From contig VRMN01000001.1 in NCBI GenBank assembly GCA_008690995.1, positions 3,224,001 to 3,288,000 of the forward strand: a stretch of 64,000 bases of DNA. The letters run 5' to 3'. The notes below the pieces were generated by a model. It saw nothing but the letters and a program-made list of their open reading frames with translations. It did no database searches and was not told where the DNA came from. The position numbers and the translations under genes were made by a program. The DNA comes from Porphyridium purpureum (taxonomy: Eukaryota). Below are positions 21,191 to 30,200 of this stretch, in pieces (within the stretch, counting starts at the first letter, position 1; every line of letters begins with the position of its first letter).

Positions 21191-22102
21191 GGATGATGTG
21201 CTGCTGCAAGAGTCGTAGTTTCCCTTTCAGACGACAATAATAACTCCTGCTGCATGAGGCAGCGGGTAAGAGGGAGGGCGCGAGAGCATGGCGAACGAAT
21301 GATGAAGCCGTGCATTTACAGAGCAGACCGCGGTCGAAGAAGGTCCCAACGCTGAAATGGATGCGGATTGAGAAGTGTAACTGGCCACCTAGAGGAATAG
21401 CAGGGTCGTGAAGTTCACGAGGCACTTCGTGAGCATTTTCCGATGACTTGGCATACGCAGCACGTCTACAGGCGGATCAGAGCATACATTTGGCTCGCGG
21501 CGGCCTCGCAAAAAGATTGGGCAATTTTGAGACCGCCTTGATACATGCCAAGTGATTGTATTTTCAAGGCGTACGTGATTCGGTAGACTTTCGGCGCCTA
21601 CGACAGGGCAAGAACGCTGATCCACGGCGACCCAGTCGGAAGCCCTGGTGACGTGACTGACCCGAAGCGTCTCATCCTAGGAGGACGGAGCAGCCAAAGG
21701 CCAAGCACGGGAGCTTTTCCCATCGCGATGGCGCAGTTGAGTGCGCATCGAGAACCTGTACAACTGTGCACGGAGAGTGAAGTACATCTATTCACAGAAT
21801 GGCATAAGAAATGTGATAATCCCGCGAACAGCCTTGAGAGAACAGGAAACGTTTCTCATGCGAGAGCCAAAGTCCAGCATTGAAATTTAAGAGCCGGCGG
21901 GTGGGATGCGCACGATTGTGCCGTCTCATTTTCATCAACTGCCCAGATGACACGGATGATACATGCACATCTACTCGCGAAAGAAAGGGTGTTCTGATCA
22001 ATCTGCGAAACCTACGCTCGCCCTCAAGGTGCATGCCTTCAAGCCAGATTTCGATGACCAGGCCAACAAAGCCTGTACGACCCGCACCAAAGCAACTGCA
22101 AG

Positions 22103-24055
22103 TCAGCGCAATACGCCCTGCAAGAGCGCATGGTGTAGCAGCTCGATATCCTCTCGATTCAGCACCTGATGACGATTATTAAATTCTTCTCCTTGTGCCA
22201 ACGATGTTCGTGGCATCGAGCCACAGCGCACCAACACAGTAGCCCGGTATCTCTCTCCTTCTTCACCACTGTGCATCAATAAGCCCAGCTCATTCAGGCG
22301 CGCCGCGAGATGTCCGCGTAATTCTGCGTCAAACAGGAACGCAGGATTTTTGCATGGGCAGTGCCGCATAATTTGCGCGCATGCCTGCATCAAAAGCACT
22401 CCCAACGCACTATCGAGACGCTTTCCTGTGTCCTCATGCGGAGCCGATGGAACGGCGCTCCACAAAGCAGCAAAGAAGTCACGTATAGCGTCCACATCAG
22501 CATCGATCATACACGCATCGCTTCTCAATGACGCCAGGCGCTGGACGAGTGCGAAGAGAACATGTGAGATGCATTCTGGGTTGGCGAGGACCAGGTGCAT
22601 AGCCATGCCAACCGCGCGTTGCATCGTCGACTCGCGCAAGACAAATCGTGCAACGCAAACCATGCCCTCATAGCATGCATTGCTCGCATTTCTGGAGGTA
22701 GATACCTTTCCTCGCGTGGACCCGAGTAGCTCCTTGCAAGCAGAGCACGGTACGTCTCGGTCAGGTGATCTTGAAGTCAGTAGCGAGCACAAATGCTCCA
22801 GAAATCGCTGTTCCGCTGCCTGTTGGCCGGCGCGAGCAAGTCGTATGGTGTCCTTGATAAGCGCCACACCAAATTCTTTCTCTTTGTCTGACATACACAA
22901 AGTAAACGACAGGACCGCATCCATGGATGACGCCCGGCACAATTCCGACGCGTGCATATTTTCCAAGGCAGACTGCAAAAGATATCCGAACACGTATAGA
23001 GCCTCGTAGAGTGATGCGCTTGAGCAGCCGTAATAGAAGAGAGGTGTCACTAATCGCACGGCACGCGTCAGGTCTTCACAAACCCGTGAAGCACCACCTC
23101 CGGTCCTAAGCGCATGCATCATACAGAGCGGATGATCGAGAGCGTCTAGAATGCATCGCAAAGCATCTGGATAAAGACAAGACACTATTTGGCGTTCCAT
23201 GATGGCGTCAGGGCCACTCGGGCCCACAACCGAGCCTTGAAGCTCGAGAAGCAAGAGCGCCAGAGCCCAGCTCGCGCTCGGCTCACAAGGCTGGACATAT
23301 ATGCTTGAAAGGGAATCGCAAAATGAGAGCCTGCCAGCATCGTCTTTGCATGAAGTAAAGGCGACCGACAAGACGCACCGTGTACCCGAGCATGCCAACT
23401 TGATCATAAAGTCTTGTTGGTCTGGTGGCAACTCAGATACGGTTTCCACGAGTAGTCTGCGCAGCACCAGGACCACGGAAATCATCATATGATGCGTAAA
23501 ACTTCCCAGGCGATACCTCCCGCTTGCCACGGAGCGCATTGCCAGACTCCACATGCGCGCCACGGCCTCTGTCCAGACCAGTTGCTGCCGAAGGATACGG
23601 ATATGCTTTACGGTATCAAGTTCAACTAGCTGGCAAAATGCAGCTGTCAACGAGTGCATGTTGTGTGCTGACACCTGCATCATGCAAGCAAGAAGACCGG
23701 TGTGGCTTTCACCTCCAGACGGGTTCACAAGTTCGGCAAACGAGACAAGCGCCTTCCACGTCGACCCCACCAGCGCGACATGCAACTCATTGCTACAATC
23801 ACGCCACTTCGCGGCAGTAACCACCTCACACAGACTCGCACAGGCGGCCGCGTCCAATGGCGGCTGTGGCTGTGATATACAGCTGAGCGCCTCGGCCAAA
23901 AGCTGTCGAGCCAGTTTGGCGTGCGCCTTATCGAGCCGCTCCGAGTGTTCCAGTAGCCGCGCGCCGCACTGCAGCGATGCGCGCCATGGTCGCTGGTCAA
24001 GCTTGGTGCCCACCAACTCTGTCAACGTCTCCAGCAAACATGCGTCCCCTTCCAT
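22103..24055 (-). CDS. Uncharacterised 650-aa Leu/Ala/Cys-rich helical (ARM/HEAT-like) protein
   Basis: Long ATG-started ORF with helical-repeat composition; no firm family motif. Confidence 0.75.
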   Translation of the reverse strand: MEGDACLLETLTELVGTKLDQRPWRASLQCGARLLEHSERLDKAHAKLARQLLAEALSCISQPQPPLDAAACASLCEVVTAAKWRDCSNELHVALVGSTWKALVSFAELVNPSGGESHTGLLACMMQVSAHNMHSLTAAFCQLVELDTVKHIRILRQQLVWTEAVARMWSLAMRSVASGRYRLGSFTHHMMISVVLVLRRLLVETVSELPPDQQDFMIKLACSGTRCVLSVAFTSCKDDAGRLSFCDSLSSIYVQPCEPSASWALALLLLELQGSVVGPSGPDAIMERQIVSCLYPDALRCILDALDHPLCMMHALRTGGGASRVCEDLTRAVRLVTPLFYYGCSSASLYEALYVFGYLLQSALENMHASELCRASSMDAVLSFTLCMSDKEKEFGVALIKDTIRLARAGQQAAEQRFLEHLCSLLTSRSPDRDVPCSACKELLGSTRGKVSTSRNASNACYEGMVCVARFVLRESTMQRAVGMAMHLVLANPECISHVLFALVQRLASLRSDACMIDADVDAIRDFFAALWSAVPSAPHEDTGKRLDSALGVLLMQACAQIMRHCPCKNPAFLFDAELRGHLAARLNELGLLMHSGEEGERYRATVLVRCGSMPRTSLAQGEEFNNRHQVLNREDIELLHHALLQGVLR

Positions 24056-24261
24056 CGTTCGCCTCAGTTCCCATCGTAGCAGCAGCGGCGTGCGAAATGC
24101 TCGACTTTTCGCACGTGTTTCGTTGTTTAATTTTCTTCAAGAAAGTGACATTGGCACGTCAAGATGTGTATCGGTTGTCCCGTTCTGGGCACGAGGGGAT
24201 GGATGCTTTGTGACAGAGAGAAGATTACAGCACGCTGAATCAAAAGCCAACCTGTCTACCT

Positions 24262-27200
24262 CTACTCGTTCTCCAACGGGTTGAAAGATGCCTTGGAGAA
24301 CTTGACGCCGCCGTGCACCGCGCGCCGGGTCTCCGACGCTGCTCGCCGCTTCTCCTTCTTGTGCTGCAGCTTGGACCGTTTACGCCGAGCCGCGAGCTCG
24401 GGATGCGCTGCAGCTTCTACTGCGCGCCGTCGTTTGCGCTCGCGACGATGAGCTTCCGCGCGTCGTTGCTCTGCTGCGTAGAGACCGAAAAAGTCTGGCA
24501 CTGAATCTTGCATCCATTCTTGCATCATCCGTGCCACGTGCACCATGGCCGTCTGCGCCGCGGGCGGAGCTGTGGAGGACGCTTCGCCAGTAACAACGGT
24601 GCCACCATTTCCCATCACTTCTCTCTCTGCGGCGTCGTGCTCGTGCGTGCAGTAGTATACTGCGCGCGCCAACACTGAATGAAAAGGAGCCAAGACGCTG
24701 GCATCCAACCACGTACACACGGTCAGCAAGCATCGCATCGCTACGGCGCGGCGCATAAAGGCAGACTCTTTCGCCGTGCCAACCCGACAAGCGATACCGG
24801 CGAGTCGATTGATCAGCCAGCGCAGGGCGACATTCACGCACGAGATCCCAGATTCATTTTCAAAGTCGCCAGCGTCGTCGACGTCCCAGGTCTCGTCAGT
24901 GCGCGACTGTCCATTCTCGTTTGCAAGCCCCGCGGGGCGACCCACACTAGGGTCTGCCGTTACCAAAACAGCAATTAACCCCAACGCTTCAACCACACTC
25001 TCTGCATAGCTTTCCTCCTCCCTTCCTTCTAGAAGCTCTACCAGGTTGCAGAGGGACTTCAACAGCTCCCGAATGCAACCTGGGTGGGCACTCAAATATC
25101 GAGCGTCACGTAAGTAGTCACAGCTCGGCAAAACGCCTGACGAACGCACAAAGGTGGCCAAATGAGCATGCAAAAGTCGGCACCGCACCGACTGAGCCTT
25201 TGAGGGCCACAGGTGCGCGTCGCGCGCCTCAGCGAGATACGCCCACAAATCTACGAGCTCAGTATCGTCGTACCACGTCAGACCGGAATTTTCTGTTTCA
25301 CAAATGGCATGAACGGCATCCAAAGCAGCTTGAAGTAAAGGCCACGACACGCTGCGATCCTTTTTCTGTACTTTTAAAGCAGCCAGGGCGAGCGAGAGTA
25401 GGACGCGCTGGGTTTTCCTGCCTAAAGGGCGCTTCGAATGCACCGCATCCCCCGCCAAGTATCGCGTCACGCTTGCAGCGACCAGTTTCAAATTTTCAGA
25501 TCTTCCTCCCCACCATGTCCGCGTCATTTGCTGCATGACTTCAAAAACACGGTCGGACACCTTCACGGCAAGTCTTACCAAGACGTTTCCGGACGTTGTA
25601 CGGACAATCTCGTCTTCATCCGAGGTGAGCGCAGAAGCAAGAGGCAAGAACAGGTACTCGCCTTCTTGGTCTAGTAATGCTGCGGGGAAATTCCGGATCA
25701 TCCCATCCAGTAATGTAAGCGCCGACATGCGGCCTTCTGCGTACGCGAACTCTAGCTGTTTCACAATAAACGCAAAATGGTACCGAACTTTACCCTCGCT
25801 GAGCGGGTAATGCAAAAGAAATTGCAACAAGATGTCATTCGCACTAACACGCATCGCCACATTCTGTGATGACACAGAGCGCTTCAGCAGCATATCCGCA
25901 ATGTCGTACACAAGAGGCAACATTATCACGCGAGATACAATGCCTTTGAAGAGTGCCATTGCGGCCTGGACCGCTTCACGCGAGAAAGACCCACCGCTGC
26001 CTGAAAGGATTTCGTGCACGATCGCCAGGAGCGCTTTGACGCGAGAGTTCTGAACCGCGCCAGAGGTGTCTGTGAACAGAACTCCACCAAAACGAAGGCA
26101 GGCTACATGCAATGTGAGGAGGTCGCCACTACCTGCCGTCTGGCCTGAAGCAACGCTGGTCTGAGACAAAATTAGAATAAGCGACTCGGCAAATGCATCT
26201 GCAAGCTTATCTTTCCCTCGAACGCGCGGCGCCTTGAGAAGACGACTAGATACACGCAGAGCCTCCAGCGTAAGCTCATCGTGTCGAGATTTCAGAGCAG
26301 GTAGCACGAGCTCGAGAAACGGATCCAGCAAAGTCAATGAAGCCTCCCCAGTTGCAGCAGGGGTTTCTGCATTATCATAAGATCCTGTTTTCTGCTGATT
26401 CTGCGCCTTGCTGCTATCGTGCGATTTGATCACTTCTTTGGCCAGGAACGCGTTCAGCAGCTGAAGCGCAAACAAGACAACAAGAAATTCGTTTCCGTAC
26501 TTGTTTTGGACAACGCTACCGTTCTCGTGCTCTTCTCCGCGCAGCGCCGCAGGCGTGTACTTTAGGAGGAGCGTGTGAACAAAGCGAATGGCATCGTTCT
26601 CACAAACGCTCTTATTCGCCGCGATCCCAACAACAAGACGTCTCATGAGTTCCATCAGCCTGCGTCTTTCCTTTGTGCTCGCCACACGCTCGGCGAGCTC
26701 TGCTAGTGGCCTCAGCAGGCCCGCCACTGACTCCGCAAAATCAATCTGGCGCGCAAGGCACTCTATTACGTCAGACATTTTCTTAAGTGCAGATTCTTTC
26801 GCGCTCTTCCGTGCAAAAGCCTCGTCAAATGCATCATCATCAAGTGTTTCTAGATGCCCAATCACGCACTTCAAACACGAATCTACGGCACCATCCACCA
26901 AAAGCTGCGAATGCTCTCCGCCGTCCTTCTGCTTGTCAGCGGCGGCGGCCACGACGCCTTTTAAAATATAAGCATGACACTCCAGCGACCGATAGCGGCG
27001 GAACCCTTCGCGTGGAATTTGTTCAAAGATTTGATCCATGACGAAACCGAAATACCGGGAGCCAAGCTGCAAACAAACACGCAACACGGCCTGTTTGGCA
27101 GCCTCACACGTACGGATGTCGCCTGAGTGGAGTCCATTCATCAGTTGGGCGGCCAGTACAGGTACTACCAAATCCCGCTGATGCTCAGTTATCTGTGTAC

Positions 27201-30200
27201 AGAGACGCGCCGCAGCCGCGGCAAATGCCGGCTGGAAATGATCTGCTGTTCGCTGGCTTTTGGATTGTGCAAAGATTTTTGAGACCAGCGTGGGAATGCA
27301 TCGGTTCGCCAAAAATTCGTCTACTTTGTCTGTGGACCCAGACTCGCTCTCAGTCTCTTTGCCGCCGACTTCATCTTCATTTGCAGTCTCGGATTCCCGC
27401 TTGAATCCATTCGCGACAGCGACCAAAAGCTGATTGTAGACGAATACAGAGCGATGGTCATGGGCATGATTCAAGTGCGAGGTTTCCTCTGCCGCCCTGC
27501 GCTGGCTCTCACACATCCGAAGAGCCATCACAAACACACGCCGAAACTGTGTCCACGACAGGTACTGCACAATATTCTGCACCATATCCATGCAAGCGCT
27601 GAATACATCCTCTGCGCCTGCGGTTTGTACCTGTCCTTGTCCCTGCCGCAACACACGGGCATAACTGGCGGCATAGCTGTGAGCAAACGGAAGGAGAAAA
27701 ACGTGCACGAGGCTCCGCTGCGCAGCTGCTCTGCTTTCAGATTCTGCGGAGGGGTCCATGGCCGCCAAGCACACAGGCACGCGGCGCAAGGCTCGAGCGC
27801 GGCGATGAACTTGGATGTGCGCCACGTTCAAAAAGAAATCTGCTTCTGGCTCGTCAACACGCGTCAGCGGACGGAGCAGGTCGGCGGCGCGCGATAATCC
27901 CGGTACACTCTCCAGCACGCAAAACCGGAGAATACGAGCGATTTCGCCGCACGCCGTCGGCGACCCGACGCGCGAGATAAGAGCCCCGCGTAGCATCACG
28001 ATCAGCTCGTTCAATGAACGCGCACTGCCACTGCTAGTAGCGGCCAGGCAATCAGCATAGTGCTCAAGGAACCGCGCGGCGCTACCGCGGCTAGCCAGGT
28101 CACCGTCCAAAACGCAGCGGAGCGCAGTTTGCGCGACAACCTTCAAGGAAGCCAACGAGAGCCATGGGCCAATCAGACCGGCCAACACTGTGCCCTGAAC
28201 AGGGATTTGGTTTAGAGATTGATCCTCAACGAAAACGGGGGTCACAGATGTCTCCTTTTCTTGCTGCAACAGCTCCGGCATCCGCTGCTGTCGCTGTCGA
28301 AACTCTTGAAGGCAATGACTGAGTTCAGAAAAAAGCTCGACACTGGCGCCGTCACTTTCAAATACACATTTGTACAGGGCCTCCGTGATGACGAGAGAAG
28401 CCTTTTTGGTCGCGGCATTGGGCTCGTCTAACTGGGATACCATCATGAGCACCTCCATAATTCCATTTCGCAACTCGAAGTCTTCAGAGACGGCCTTGAA
28501 TGCGAACAAGGGTACCAGAACGTCATACAATGAAACCAGAGCCGAACAAGCATCCTCTGACAGTTCGCCTTTGCGATCCTCGGTACACGTTGCCACTTTG
28601 CGGCCTTTCAGCATCAGCGAGCATGCGAGCAAGCTCTGAACAACCAAGGCACGCACTTTGGTGTTCGATTCGCCTTTCCATCCGCCAAGCGCGTGGCGGC
28701 TGTTCACCGCATCGTCATCTCCGCCCGTGCAATAGAATCGCACTATCTCACATAAATGTTGGAACGGCTCCAGGGAAAACTGCGCGGCAAGAAACGCGAA
28801 TTCATGATTCCAAATCCTCAAAACATGCAAAAGAGTCGGACTCGCCTGGACAAATGCTCGCTTTGAGTGGGAGTGCACGGCTTGCTTGCAAAAAATCCGA
28901 ACACGACTATGCACAAAATGCGTCATAGCGTGTAACAAGTCGGCATTTTCCTGATTATGCTCCTGAACGCGCAGCGCATGATCCTGCGCAAGTGCGTCTA
29001 GTATACGCAAAACAGGATCCATTAATGCGTCGGAAAACTGCTGCTCTTCATCTCCAGTGTACAGATATAGTGCTTTCACAAGTAAGCCCATCATATCACC
29101 CGTGTCGCAGAAGAAAAGCCTGCGCATTGCCAGATTGGGACTGCTTGCAACTGCTGAAATTACACAAAGCAAGGCAGGAGCCGCCGCTCCGCTAATTTGA
29201 ATGACGTCAAAAGGTGCGCGCATGCTGTATAGCACCGGTTTTACCAAGTGCTCGATCCCGATCGGCCGAAGTTCAACCGCCTCCACGAGTCGCCGTGCTG
29301 CCTGAGATCGCACTTCTTTGATGAGCTTGCTCGTCGATGACTCCGACGTCAATGCGGAGATCAACACTTGTCCAACTATCTCGACACAATGCTGCCAATG
29401 ATGAAGTGACAACTGCATTCCCAGTCGCCCAATCACACCTTCTAGTGCGTTCAATATACCTAGTTGCACTCTATAATTCGGGAGAGCGTTTGTCGTGCCG
29501 CAATCCGGGCGTACAAGCGGCTCCAGAATCAGCTCGATCAGCGTGTGAAGCCCGGATTCTGGCAAACAGGACCCGAAAAATGTGAAGCAAAGCATCCGCC
29601 GCGCCTTTTGCTCATGCCCACTCCCACTACCGCCACCATGCTTACTGCCGCCACCCTGCATTTTCCCGAACAAAAGCCGAATGACCGTATGCATCCATAA
29701 ATCATCGAGCTCTGCGCGCGCCTGCTCTTCCGATTTTCTTGCAATGAGAAGGGTAAGTTCTTCTCGGAATGTGTCGTCATCAGCGAGTCGAAGCAATGAT
29801 TCCTTGTCCTGCTCGAGTGACCTAGACCGGCTGCGGAATAGGCACTTGAGCGCCGCAAGCTGCACCTTGTCGTTCGGGATGCTCAGCCCTTCAAGTAGTG
29901 CTTGCCGCGCCACTGCTTCAAGTCTACCATTGAATGCGATTGAGCGCAGGCCGCCTAACTGCTGCCCCAGCCCAAAGAGTTCGGCCAAGAGAACGTCGGC
30001 TCCTTTTCCCCGCAGCATGAGTCGCTGGGGTGGAAGCAAAATATTGCTTTTGTCTGTCTCGGCGATTGCGCTTGTCTCTGCGCGGGATGCAGCGCTTCTC
30101 ACGCCCATCTGACAGGCTTTGAGGATCAAGTCTGACCAAACAAATTCAATGTTGCGCTTGGCAAAGTCAAGAAGCTCTTTGTTCAAAGCTTTTCCGACCT

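Noticed and set aside
24212..24236. U6 snRNA-like string ACAGAGAGAAGATTACAGCAC
   Set aside because: Imperfect match to ACAGAGAAGAUUAGCA, with no internal stem-loop, 5' stem or T-run; it lies in a short gap between two genes.
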